A DNA stretch of 57,078 bases, taken from Bdellovibrionota bacterium (GTDB lineage Bacteria > Bdellovibrionota > UBA1018 > CAIPTA01). Within the stretch, counting starts at the first letter, position 1. Each line of letters starts with the position of its first letter. A program made the translations under genes and the position numbers. Below are positions 17,615-26,869 of the stretch, piece by piece. Location of the stretch: NCBI GenBank assembly GCA_036559405.1, contig DATBTF010000051.1, positions 1 through 57,078 of the forward strand, written 5' to 3'. Below the pieces are notes generated by a model that had not been told where the DNA came from, searched no databases, and saw nothing but the letters and a program-made list of their open reading frames with translations.

Positions 17615-18492
17615 GCGCTCTCCTTGGGCAGGAGGGCGAGAGCGTCGAGCGCACGGTGCCGGCCGCTGACCCGCTGGCGCTCCCCTTTGTTCATCATCAC
17701 GAGGGTGTCGGCGCGTTTCACCAGAGCCCCGGTGACCTTGCTGATCTTATTTTCCATCTCGGGACCGGGCTCACGAAGCTCCAGCCAGACTTCCTCGCGC
17801 GGCTCGGCATTGCGAACGGGGCGGGCCATCCACTCACCGACCCTTGCGGAAACGGGCCAGTGCACGCGCGTTGCGTCCTTCCAGCGCTCGGTGGGCACCA
17901 CCTCACCGGTAATCACCTCCGCCTCCCCGCGCACCGATGGGGTTTCCTGCATGCTGCGCTTTCCGGAATCTGCGGGACGCGGCCAGACGATCCGGTTGCC
18001 CTTTTGCGGAATCAGCATGATCTTGCGGGCGAAACCGAAAGGAAAGCTCGTGCCCGCAAGCAGGCCTTCCCAGTGATGCCGACCGCGGGAAGGGACCACC
18101 TGGCGCGAGCGCACCCGAACCCGGGCACGGGCCGGTAGAATCAGCAGGAAGGCCGTGAATTCGCGGCGGCGTCCGAGATATTCCCCGAGCTCAATGCAGT
18201 AGAGCGGCAGCCGCCCGCGATTCTCGACGATGAAAACGTCCATACCCTGCAGGCCCGCATGCAGATTCCCGCATTCCCGCTCCACATGAATATTGGAAAG
18301 GGTGATTTCCGAGAATACGCCTGAGACCAGAAGCGAGCTCAATAGAAGGCTTTCGAGAAGATAGATCACGTTGTTACCGGAATAGATCGCGGCGGTGCCG
18401 AGGGCGATCGTGAAAGCGAGATACCATCGCCCCCCGATAGAAAGCTCGAGCAGCCTGCGTTTACTTCGGAGTGTCCACCCGTTCGAGCGCAT
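17611..18492 (-). CDS. DUF58-family protein
   Basis: Two N-terminal TM segments plus the DUF58 position between MoxR and TGase. ATGA overlap with the TGase gene. Confidence 0.75.
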   Translation of the reverse strand: MRSNGWTLRSKRRLLELSIGGRWYLAFTIALGTAAIYSGNNVIYLLESLLLSSLLVSGVFSEITLSNIHVERECGNLHAGLQGMDVFIVENRGRLPLYCIELGEYLGRRREFTAFLLILPARARVRVRSRQVVPSRGRHHWEGLLAGTSFPFGFARKIMLIPQKGNRIVWPRPADSGKRSMQETPSVRGEAEVITGEVVPTERWKDATRVHWPVSARVGEWMARPVRNAEPREEVWLELREPGPEMENKISKVTGALVKRADTLVMMNKGERQRVSGRHRALDALALLPKESA

Positions 18493-19438
18493 GGCGAACG
18501 ATCTCCTTGCGTTGCAGGGACGACATTTCCCCCGACCTGAAGCAGAGCCGGTGGGCCAGCACGGGGCCGGCGAGAGCGGAAATGTCAGCTGGAAGCACGA
18601 AGTCGCGGCCGTCGAGGTAGGCGCGGGCCTTGGCGCAGTCGATCAGCTGCAGCACCGAACGAACTGAAGCGGCGTGCACCACGTCGTCTTCACGGCGAAG
18701 GGTGCGGGAGATCGCCTGCACAAAGCGCAGGATGCTTTCCTCCACGAAAACGCGGCCGGCCTCTTCGCGGCAGAGCAAAAGCTCGGACGGACTGATTCCG
18801 GAAGATCCGGATGTTTGCTTCCCCGTGGCTTCAGGCGCCAGCCCGGCGTGGCGGCGGTATACGGCGAGCTCAGCCTCCTCTCCGGGGAGGTTAAGCGAAA
18901 CCTGCATCATGAAGCGGTCTAGCTGGCTCTCGGCGAGGGGATATACGCCATGGAACTCCTGGGGGTTCTGGGTGGCGATCACGAAAAACGGTTTGGGAAG
19001 CTCGTGGGACACTCCGTCGACAGTAACGCGTCCCTCGGCCATGGCCTCGAGGAGAGCCGCCTGGGTTTTCGCACTGGTACGGTTGAGCTCGTCTGCCAGC
19101 ACCACGTGGGCGAAGATGGGACCTGCGCGAAACTCGAAGTCGGAGGCGCCTGGCTTGAGGCGCAGCGTGCCCACGACGTCGCTGGGCAGGAGATCGCTGG
19201 TCATCTGGATGCGATGGAAAGTCCCCTGGAAGAGCCCGGCCATGCCATGGGCGAGCGAAGTCTTGCCGACTCCGGGAGGTCCCTCGAGGAGCAGATGCCC
19301 GCCCGCCACAAGCGTGGTCAGGGCGCCTTCCACCACTTCGTCCTGGCCCATGATTTTTTGGCGAAGAGTCTGGCCCAGGGCCCGGATTTTTTCCCGGCCC
19401 CCCGAAACGGCTTTCTTTGCTTCTGCGGCTGAAAACAT
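18461..19438 (-). CDS. moxR: MoxR-family AAA+ ATPase
   Basis: Walker A LLLEGPPGVGKT, Walker B VLADELNR, ATQNP and LDRF motifs. Confidence 0.9.
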   Translation of the reverse strand: MFSAAEAKKAVSGGREKIRALGQTLRQKIMGQDEVVEGALTTLVAGGHLLLEGPPGVGKTSLAHGMAGLFQGTFHRIQMTSDLLPSDVVGTLRLKPGASDFEFRAGPIFAHVVLADELNRTSAKTQAALLEAMAEGRVTVDGVSHELPKPFFVIATQNPQEFHGVYPLAESQLDRFMMQVSLNLPGEEAELAVYRRHAGLAPEATGKQTSGSSGISPSELLLCREEAGRVFVEESILRFVQAISRTLRREDDVVHAASVRSVLQLIDCAKARAYLDGRDFVLPADISALAGPVLAHRLCFRSGEMSSLQRKEIVRHALERVDTPK

Positions 19439-19569
19439 TTCTGCCCTCGGAAACGTATCGGTGAAATAGCGTTGGGATTGAAGGGCCTTAGGCGTCTCCG
19501 ACTTAAATAATTCGAATTTAAAACCGGCGAATTTCCTGGCTGGAAATGGCCAGGGATACCTGCCAGCGG

Positions 19570-21237
19570 CTAGGGAAAAAGGGAGAGGCTGGCCTTGCGG
19601 TATTGGCCATCCGTTTCGGGAAATACGCTAACGTGTGAGCGGCACCAGCGGCGGGCGATTTCAAGAGAGCGGGCGCTCTTATCGTGAGCAGCCCGCTCCA
19701 GAAGCAGAGATGCCGCGCAAGCGCCGGCGAGCGCGTAGGCGAAACGGCGGGCTGAAGCCTGCGCGAAGTCGGGTCCCTCCTGCGCCGCGATTCCGAGAAA
19801 CGATTCCAGCTCCGCGCAGGTGGCTTTCACGGCGGTCACCTCGTCGGTAAGCTGGGCGGCCTTCACTGACGCGAGGCGCTTCTGGATTCCATCGAGAAAC
19901 GGCTCGAAGGCTCCTTCCTTTTCAATCGCGCGCAGCACATCGAGCGAAAGCACGTTGGTGGTGCCCTCCCAAATGGGAAACACCTGGGCGTTCCGCAAGA
20001 GCACAGGCAAGCCGCTGTCTTCGACATACCCGGCCCCGCCGAAGGCCTCCACCACTTCGCTCGTGATCGCCATGCAGCTCTTGGCTGTGTAAAGCTTGGC
20101 GATGGGAGTGAGCATACGGAGCATGGCGCTTTCTTCCGGCGACGACTTGCCCAGCTCGTCCCGGCCCAGAAGCTCGGCGAGATGGAAGGTGAGAAGGAAG
20201 TTCCCTTCGAACTCGACCACGAGATCGGCCATGGTGTCGGCATGCAGCGGCTGCTCCGCGAGCAGTTTGCCGAAAACGGAGCGCCTGCGGCCATAGTCGG
20301 AGATCAGGGCCAGGGCCCGCCTGGTGGCACCGAGCGCGCAAACGGAGTTGTACATGCGCGTGATGTTAAAGAGCGAGGCGATTTTTTTGACCCCATTCCC
20401 CTCTCCGCCTACGAGCGTGGCGGGCGCGCCTTTCAGCATCAGCTCCGCCGTGGGCATGGCCCGTGTTCCCAATTTGTCCTTCAGGCGGAGGATCTCGATG
20501 TTCTGCAAGCGGCCTTGCTCGTCCCTCACGGGAATGTAAAACAGGCTGAGTCCCTTGGAACCTTCGGGATGCCCTTCGATGCGGGCGAGCGCCATGGCCA
20601 TCTGCGAGGTGGTGGCCGAGGTGAACCACTTCACCCCATGCAGCTCGTAGCCGCCCTTTCCTTTTTTTGCCACGGTGGAGGTTCCCGAGACGTCCGAGCC
20701 GCCTGTCTTTTCCGTCATCCACTGGCCGCTAGTCCAAAAATCGCCTGGATCGCGGGAGATCAGTTTCTTAAAGGGACCGCGTTTGAGCTCTTCGTCCCCA
20801 TAGAGCTCGATCGCCCGCGCAGCTCCGTCGCTCATCGCCAGCGGGCAGCTCACGAAGGCGGAGGAGGGATGAAACAGGTAGAGCTTGGCGAACTGTATGA
20901 GACGGGAATGGACACCATACTTGCGCTCGTAGCCCGTAGCCACAATGCCCTCCTCGGCCGCTGCCCGGGAAATGTGGGTCCAGCCGGGGCTCATGGTGAT
21001 GTTATCGATCCGCCGGCCCCAGGGATCGAAGGGTGTGTGGACTGGCTCCACGGTTTCCGCATTCTCGCTCGCGGCTAGCAGGTCAGTGACAACGCGCTCG
21101 CCCATCCGTTTCAGCTCGGGCTGGGCCAGGGAAAAGGTGTCTCCCGTTAGCTTCTGCCGCAGCAGCTGTGGAAGCAGGGGGTCGGCCTCGTATTGATTGG
21201 TAAGCCGTGGGCCTTCCTGGAAAAATTCGTTTTTCAT
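19570..21237 (-). CDS. acyl-CoA dehydrogenase (AidB-like long form)
   Basis: 555 aa; MTEKTGGSDV, WFTSA, FPIWEGTTNV ACAD motifs. Confidence 0.85.
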   Translation of the reverse strand: MKNEFFQEGPRLTNQYEADPLLPQLLRQKLTGDTFSLAQPELKRMGERVVTDLLAASENAETVEPVHTPFDPWGRRIDNITMSPGWTHISRAAAEEGIVATGYERKYGVHSRLIQFAKLYLFHPSSAFVSCPLAMSDGAARAIELYGDEELKRGPFKKLISRDPGDFWTSGQWMTEKTGGSDVSGTSTVAKKGKGGYELHGVKWFTSATTSQMAMALARIEGHPEGSKGLSLFYIPVRDEQGRLQNIEILRLKDKLGTRAMPTAELMLKGAPATLVGGEGNGVKKIASLFNITRMYNSVCALGATRRALALISDYGRRRSVFGKLLAEQPLHADTMADLVVEFEGNFLLTFHLAELLGRDELGKSSPEESAMLRMLTPIAKLYTAKSCMAITSEVVEAFGGAGYVEDSGLPVLLRNAQVFPIWEGTTNVLSLDVLRAIEKEGAFEPFLDGIQKRLASVKAAQLTDEVTAVKATCAELESFLGIAAQEGPDFAQASARRFAYALAGACAASLLLERAAHDKSARSLEIARRWCRSHVSVFPETDGQYRKASLSLFP

Positions 21238-21462
21238 GAGGCGATTTTACTGCGGAATTCCAATCCTTCTGGAAAGAATTCTCTCGCTCCGCCTCTTTCC
21301 CCGGGGAGTCGGTAAAATTTCGCTATAGTATAGCGCGCCGCAGTGGTATAGGATCTATAGGTATTGATTCGTGTGGATCGAAACTTCTGCACTCGTTAAG
21401 GGCGCAGTAGGTAAAAGTAACTGGATACCGTTCGCAATGAGCTTGATGAGACCTGTAGTTCG

Positions 21463-21498
21463 TCCTGATACTCCTGCGAAGGGACCTTCGTCAGGAGA
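21463..21498 (+). promoter_or_regulatory. candidate SD-sequestering hairpin in the 5' UTR of the RRM protein gene
   Basis: TCCTGA (21463..21468) or CTCCTG (21471..21476) can pair with TCAGGAG (21491..21497), which is the SD for GTG 21505. An inner hairpin is CGAAGG/CCTTCG. Confidence 0.35.
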
Positions 21499-21504
21499 GT
21501 AATC

Positions 21505-21879
21505 GTGGGCAAGAAACTATACGTGGGAAACCTTCCCTATTCCGCAACAGACAGCAGTTTGCAAGCGCACTTTTCCCAAGTGGGAACGGTGGAATCTGCA
21601 AAAGTGATCATGGACCGTGACTCGGGCCGCTCGAAAGGCTTTGGTTTCGTGGAAATGAGCTCCGACGCGGAAGCGGAAGCAGCCATCCAAAAACTAAACA
21701 ACCAGGTGATGGACGGACGTCCTCTGAACGTGTCCGAAGCTCGTCCCCAAGCTCCCCGTGAAGGCGGCGGCGGCCGTGGATTCGGCGGCGGCGGCGGCGG
21801 TGGCGGCTACGGAGGCGGAGGCGGCGGCGGTGGCCGCGGTGGTCGTGGCGGCGGCGGCGGCGGTCGCGAACGCTGGTAG
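21505..21879 (+). CDS. RRM-type RNA-binding protein with Gly/Arg-rich tail
   Basis: RNP2 LYVGNL, RNP1 KGFGFVEM, C-terminal GGGGRGFGGGGGGGGYGGGG...RGG. GTG start 7 nt after AGGAGAG. Confidence 0.9.
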   Translation: MGKKLYVGNLPYSATDSSLQAHFSQVGTVESAKVIMDRDSGRSKGFGFVEMSSDAEAEAAIQKLNNQVMDGRPLNVSEARPQAPREGGGGRGFGGGGGGGGYGGGGGGGGRGGRGGGGGGRERW

Positions 21880-21900
21880 TTAATCCTACCGACAAAAAAA

Positions 21901-21935
21901 ACCCAGGAGAGAAATCTCCTGGGTTTTTTGTTTTC
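21901..21935 (+). terminator. rho-independent terminator
   Basis: ACCCAGGAG-agaaat-CTCCTGGGT followed by TTTTTTGTTTT; an A-run lies upstream. Confidence 0.85.
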
Positions 21936-21971
21936 TTGTTATAAAAATAAACAGGATTTGGAGAGCCACTT

Positions 21972-23120
21972 ATGAAAATTCTGTTTTGTCTGTTAGCCCT
22001 GCTTTCCGCCTCACTGGCCCAGGCCAGCGGCGGCAACTACGACGACGAGCCACAGCCGGGCGAAAACTTCTCCCACTTCTTCCAGCGCATCACGCGCGGA
22101 GGAATGTTCCAGGGCATCCGCATCGAGGCGCCCGACGCTTTCCAGAAAGCTTTTCTCCCCCGCATCTACCGCCCCAGCTGGCAGGGCCCGGTGAACAAGG
22201 TGCGCGCCGATCTCGAGAAGCAGGGCGTGAGCCTCTGGTTCGACTGGTACAAGGCCACCAAGCCGCTGCCGATCCTGGCCCCTACACCGGATTCCGAGGC
22301 GCTCTTTTCCGCCGCCTTGAACCAGGAAGAGCAAACGGGAGGCTACTGCAAACGCTCCTGCCGCGCGTATGGCGAGCTTAAGCAGGCCGACTGGAGCACC
22401 TTCACCACCGAAGAGCGGCGCGCATTTGCATGGTCCTTCATCACCAAGGTGAAATTTTTCGGCGGGCGCACTTTAGTCGATTTCCTGGCCGACCAGCATG
22501 GTGTGAATGCCACGGCAGCCGTGGCGCGCGCGGATCTGATGCTGCTGAACTCGGCGGATTTCGAAAAGGCCGTACGCCGGGTCGGCTGGGACGGCCCGAT
22601 CTACTTTCGCGGAATCACTGCCCCTTCGCCCGACGACCCGAACCGCTTCTGGATCCTGCTCAACGACGATCTGATGCGCAAGATGACGCCCTTCGACCGG
22701 GTGCTGCTGCAGTCGCTCGACTACGTGGGCATCATCGCGCACGAGCTGGGCCACGTGCTCCAGAATATGGCAGCCGAAAAACTCGGGGTCGAGCTCAACA
22801 TCATGTCGGCGGAAGCGGCGATGATGGTGGAGGGCGAAGCGGAGTTCCTGAACGAGCGCGGGCTGATGCTGGCGGGAGAGGCGCAGCCTTTCCCTTCCGC
22901 CTTGCGCCTTTTCGCCGCCGAGCAGGGCGTGGAAGTGGTGAACCGCCCGGGACAATCCACTCAGGGGAACTTGTTTCCCTATACGATAGGCGTGCCATTC
23001 GCAGCGGCGGCTTTCGACATGGCTTCACCCGCCAAGTTTGAGCTGGCCCGCACGGAAATGCTGAAAATGGTCGCGGGTAAAATCACGCTGGCCGAGATGC
23101 TCAGCCACCTGCTGCCTTAA
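21972..23120 (+). CDS. secreted HExxH zinc-peptidase-like protein
   Basis: Signal peptide MKILFCLLALLSASLAQA; IIAHELGHVLQNMAAE. Confidence 0.65.
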   Translation: MKILFCLLALLSASLAQASGGNYDDEPQPGENFSHFFQRITRGGMFQGIRIEAPDAFQKAFLPRIYRPSWQGPVNKVRADLEKQGVSLWFDWYKATKPLPILAPTPDSEALFSAALNQEEQTGGYCKRSCRAYGELKQADWSTFTTEERRAFAWSFITKVKFFGGRTLVDFLADQHGVNATAAVARADLMLLNSADFEKAVRRVGWDGPIYFRGITAPSPDDPNRFWILLNDDLMRKMTPFDRVLLQSLDYVGIIAHELGHVLQNMAAEKLGVELNIMSAEAAMMVEGEAEFLNERGLMLAGEAQPFPSALRLFAAEQGVEVVNRPGQSTQGNLFPYTIGVPFAAAAFDMASPAKFELARTEMLKMVAGKITLAEMLSHLLP

Positions 23121-23767
23121 AACCAGTACCGGATCGCGGCGAAGATATTCAGCAGCTGGAAGGCCTCGCTGGTGAGGCCAGCATTGGAAGATTTCGCGAA
23201 AAACATCAGATTGCCTTCCACACCGAGAGAAAGGCCTGAGTTAAAGGCATAGTCGTAGCCCACTTTCCCGCCGAATGAGAAAGGATTGGTCGTGGCGCTG
23301 AGCGCGCCAAGAGAAATTCCCACCGACGAAAGGCCTGCCCGCGCGCCAAAATAAGCCCCACGTCCCCCGAAAAAGAAGGTGCTGTCCAAGCCGTAGCAGG
23401 TGACGTTGAAATCCGCCAAAGTGTCGGTCACTGTTCCCGACGAACTGAGGTAGTAGATACCAAGGCCGATATTGTCCTGGATCTTGTAGCCGAACTCGCC
23501 GCCCCAGCCCAGACGTGCGCTCGTACCCGAGGTACTGCTACCCATCGGCTTCGACCAGCCGGCAAGCAGGCCGATGCTTACGGGCTTGTAGGAATAGGTT
23601 TGGGAAATTTGGGGCCGGGGACGAGCTTTGGCTTTCGGGGCAGGCGCCGGCTTGCTCGGGATCACTCCCTCGCCGGGTGGGGTCGGGAGATAATCAGGGT
23701 TTTCTTCGGCAAAGGCGTTGGGGGTAAAGAGCGACAACAGCAGGACGAATAGCCGGAGTTTACTCAT
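23117..23767 (-). CDS. outer-membrane beta-barrel protein
   Basis: Trimmed to MSKLRLFVLLLSLFTPNAFA. Alternating Gly/aromatic beta-strands; terminal ...AAIRYWF. Confidence 0.7.
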   Translation of the reverse strand: MSKLRLFVLLLSLFTPNAFAEENPDYLPTPPGEGVIPSKPAPAPKAKARPRPQISQTYSYKPVSIGLLAGWSKPMGSSTSGTSARLGWGGEFGYKIQDNIGLGIYYLSSSGTVTDTLADFNVTCYGLDSTFFFGGRGAYFGARAGLSSVGISLGALSATTNPFSFGGKVGYDYAFNSGLSLGVEGNLMFFAKSSNAGLTSEAFQLLNIFAAIRYWF

Positions 23768-23790
23768 ATTTAGATTATTTGGTCTCCAGG

Positions 23791-23803
23791 GGAGCGATGT
23801 CAA
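23791..23803 (-). repeat. exact copy of the TGACATCGCTCC motif
   Basis: The minus strand reads TTGACATCGCTCC. The FAH gene TGA stop lies inside TTGACA. It is 36 nt upstream of OMP ATG 23767. Confidence 0.8.
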
Positions 23804-24756
23804 CCCACCACCCAGCTTTGCTTGCCGAGGTCAATTTTCCCGTCGGCACTCACAATGCTGGCCTCCACCTTATCGCCATTCTTGAGATACCGGCCGCTCG
23901 CCTCCTGTGCCTGTACAAATCCCGCGAACTTGGCTTTGTCGCTCAGGAACAGATCGGCGATCTCTTCCCACTTTTTCTTGGGCGGTACTTTCATGGATAC
24001 TCCGCCCGGCGTGCCCGTGAGGATCAAGTCCCCTACCCGCAAGTCGAATACACGAGAAATTAAAGATATCGTCTCGGGCGGGCGGTGCATGAGCTGGCCC
24101 GTGCTCGCCTTCTGGCGAATCTGTCCGTTTACCTTCAATTCCAGATTCAGCGAATAGAGCTGGGCCCAGTCGCTTGGCTCCATAAAGTAAAACACGGGCC
24201 CCACGGGGCAAAAATTCCGGAAACTTTTCCCGCGGAACCACTGGCGCTCGGGGATCTGCACGTCGCGTGCGGAAACGTCGTTGCCGATCACAAGGCCGGC
24301 TACGTATTGACCAACGCCTTTGTCGTCGACATTCACAGGCCCTTTGATCTCTTTCCCAATCACAAGTCCCAATTCAATCTCGTAATCCAGCAGCTTCACG
24401 CCCTCGGGCCGCTTCACGGTGCCGATCGCGGAGGTGAGCGAGGAGTCCGCTTTGCTGAAGAGCAAATTGTGCTCTTTGTTCTCGGGACGGAAGCCTGTCT
24501 CCAGCAAATGGTCGAGGTAGTTTTTCCCTTGGCAGACGATCTGGCAGGGCGCGGTCACGGGCGAGAGGATCTTGAGGCTCGACTCGTCCAAACTACTGCC
24601 ACTCAATGCTGCTTTCGCAAGCGCAGGCACATCAGCTTTCAAGAGCTCAGATAGGTTAGAAGCGGGCGTCGCCAGCGGGAAAACCTTCCCTCCCGAGCGA
24701 CAGCCCCAGGCCGATTCTCCTGACGAATTTTGGTAGCGAACCAAGGCCCAACCCAT
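23800..24756 (-). CDS. fumarylacetoacetate hydrolase (FAH) family protein
   Basis: DYEIELGLVIGK, GNDVSARD, GDLILTGTPGGV motifs. Confidence 0.85.
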   Translation of the reverse strand: MGWALVRYQNSSGESAWGCRSGGKVFPLATPASNLSELLKADVPALAKAALSGSSLDESSLKILSPVTAPCQIVCQGKNYLDHLLETGFRPENKEHNLLFSKADSSLTSAIGTVKRPEGVKLLDYEIELGLVIGKEIKGPVNVDDKGVGQYVAGLVIGNDVSARDVQIPERQWFRGKSFRNFCPVGPVFYFMEPSDWAQLYSLNLELKVNGQIRQKASTGQLMHRPPETISLISRVFDLRVGDLILTGTPGGVSMKVPPKKKWEEIADLFLSDKAKFAGFVQAQEASGRYLKNGDKVEASIVSADGKIDLGKQSWVVG

Positions 24757-24932
24757 AGATCCAAGCTCAGGCCTTGAGGCAGGAAAAGCAATAATTTTAT
24801 TGGGATTTTTCTATTCAAAACCACTGGCCCAAACGGGCTATACACCCAATATCGTCTTGAATCAGTCGGGTATTTATTATATAGTCCACCCCACTTTTCG
24901 AACCCCTGAACGTCTTTCCAAGGAAGCCTGTT

Positions 24933-26081
24933 ATGCCGACCTTCCGTTCGCTCGCTCTCCTGCTCCTCCTCGCGCCCACCCTGGCCCATGCTGGTGCCCA
25001 AAAGATCCGTCGTGGCGACGAAGCCTTCCTCGATGCTCCCTACAAAAACCTGCGCCACCCGCGCGTCAGCTTCGTGATTCCTGCTGATGAAAAGGTGATC
25101 CAAGCCAAGCCCGTGCCCGTGGTCGATGTGATCAAGAAGCAAACGGCGGTGAAGATGCAGGCCGCTCGCGGCTCCTGCTCGATCTTTTCCGCCACCGCGC
25201 TGCTCGAGAGCCTGCTGGTGATCCACGGCAAAGCCGACACCTCGCTCGATCTCTCTGAAGAGTACCTGCAGTACCTAATTGCCCAGTATATGACGAACGA
25301 CGGCTCTTCCTCGCCCGGCAACTTCCGCGCGCTCAAGCAGTACGGCACTTCTTCGGAAGCCAAGATGCCCTATATCGGCTTCACCTGGGCCAGCCTCGAC
25401 GACGACGGCGCACGCGCCCGCTGCGGCCACCTTACGGGCGCTGTCATGCTCAACTGCCTCACCGGCCACCGCGATCCTGGCCTGCTTGCGGCCAGCGAAA
25501 GCGTGCTTACGAATCCTGATTCCCTGCTCTACGACCCGGCCTTCTTGGAGGCCCGCAAGGAAGCCGAAGCGAACAGAGCTCTCTTCTTCAGCTCCGCCCC
25601 GCTCGACGACGACGCCATGTTCGACTTCGGCGGCGTGCTCGCGTCCACTGCCGACATCAAGGCCCAGCTGGACAAAGGCATTCCCGTAACCCTCGACTTG
25701 AGCTTTTACTACGGCTCCTGGAACCACCGTCTCACCACCGAGCTCGGCATCAGCCGCAATCTCGACGCCTGGGCCAAGGGCATCGTGAGCTTTCCCGAAG
25801 AGGGCTCGCTCGACCTCGCGAAATCCGACGAGAAACCGGCTGGCCACTCCGTGGTGGTCGTAGGTTACGACGATGAAAAAGAAGTGACCTACACGATTCC
25901 GATGGAAGACGGCACCAACAAGACCTTCACCCGCAAGGGCGTCTACTACATCAAGAACTCCTGGGGCACCTTGGGCTTCGGCGCGGACTTCGAGCTGAAC
26001 GGAGAGAAGTTCCCGGGCTTCGGCATGATCACCCAGGACTACGCCAACCAGCACGGCCAGTTCTACCAGCTCACTCTCTAG
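24933..26081 (+). CDS. secreted papain-like (C1 family) cysteine peptidase
   Basis: Signal peptide ...LLLLAPTLAHA. QAARGSCSIFSA (Gln/Cys), GHSVVVVGYDD (His), YIKNSWG (Asn-Ser-Trp). Confidence 0.7.
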   Translation: MPTFRSLALLLLLAPTLAHAGAQKIRRGDEAFLDAPYKNLRHPRVSFVIPADEKVIQAKPVPVVDVIKKQTAVKMQAARGSCSIFSATALLESLLVIHGKADTSLDLSEEYLQYLIAQYMTNDGSSSPGNFRALKQYGTSSEAKMPYIGFTWASLDDDGARARCGHLTGAVMLNCLTGHRDPGLLAASESVLTNPDSLLYDPAFLEARKEAEANRALFFSSAPLDDDAMFDFGGVLASTADIKAQLDKGIPVTLDLSFYYGSWNHRLTTELGISRNLDAWAKGIVSFPEEGSLDLAKSDEKPAGHSVVVVGYDDEKEVTYTIPMEDGTNKTFTRKGVYYIKNSWGTLGFGADFELNGEKFPGFGMITQDYANQHGQFYQLTL

Positions 26082-26728
26082 CCAAAACGCTTTTTGATCC
26101 AGGCAGCGTCGATCGCCTTGAAGTCGGGGACACATTCCTCAGCATTGCCTTGGTCGTGGCCGAAATGGTTGGTGCAGGTGATGGCCACGCTCTTCACGCC
26201 CGCCGCTTTCGCCGACTCCAGGCCCGCCACGGAATCCTCGAAGATGATCGCCTCTTCGCTCTGGATGCCGAGAGCCTTCAGAGCTTTAAGATAACCGTCG
26301 GGAGAGGGCTTGGAGTGCGTGTAATCTTCGGCACCGTAAATCAGTTCGAACTGCTTATCGACTCCCAGCTTGCGCAGGGCCCAGAGCACGTCTTCACGGT
26401 GGGATCCTGAAACGAGAGCCAGACGAAATTCCCCTGACAAATGCTTGATCGCCTCAACCACTCCGGGAACCACCGGCAGATTTTTTCGAACGATTTCCTG
26501 ATAGCGTTTCACAATTTTTTGCGACGCTTCCGACTGAGGAATCGGCATTTTGTGGCGAGCGTATAGCATATTGAATGCCACTTCCCACTTCTGCCCGACC
26601 ACTGTGGCCGCATCCTCTCTGGTAACATTTACACCCCAAATTTTGGTGCAATCGAGTATGGCTTGCATGGCCGCGAGCTCAGAGTCGATTATAGTGCCAT
26701 CCAGATCGAAAATAATTAGCTTGATCAT
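26078..26728 (-). CDS. HAD-IA family hydrolase (phosphatase/beta-phosphoglucomutase-like)
   Basis: MIKLIIFDLDGTIIDSE motif I, LVSGS motif II, FEDSVAGLESAKAAG motif III/IV. The alternative start is 26770. Confidence 0.85.
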   Translation of the reverse strand: MIKLIIFDLDGTIIDSELAAMQAILDCTKIWGVNVTREDAATVVGQKWEVAFNMLYARHKMPIPQSEASQKIVKRYQEIVRKNLPVVPGVVEAIKHLSGEFRLALVSGSHREDVLWALRKLGVDKQFELIYGAEDYTHSKPSPDGYLKALKALGIQSEEAIIFEDSVAGLESAKAAGVKSVAITCTNHFGHDQGNAEECVPDFKAIDAAWIKKRFG

Positions 26729-26869
26729 CCCCTGCTCCGTGAAGGAAACTGGCCTTGATTCGGCTACCACCGAGTTCGCGCGCCTGTGGTTCTGGTTATT
26801 GGTGTACTAACAGAACCCTGATTTGGATATGTTTTCTCGTATGAGACCTTATGGAGAGGAGAATATCAT

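Noticed and set aside
19526-19550. Hairpin CCTGGC-TGGAAAT-GCCAGG downstream of the acyl-CoA dehydrogenase gene, considered as a terminator
   Set aside because: On the minus strand it is followed by only a short, interrupted T-stretch. It is plausible but too weak to annotate.
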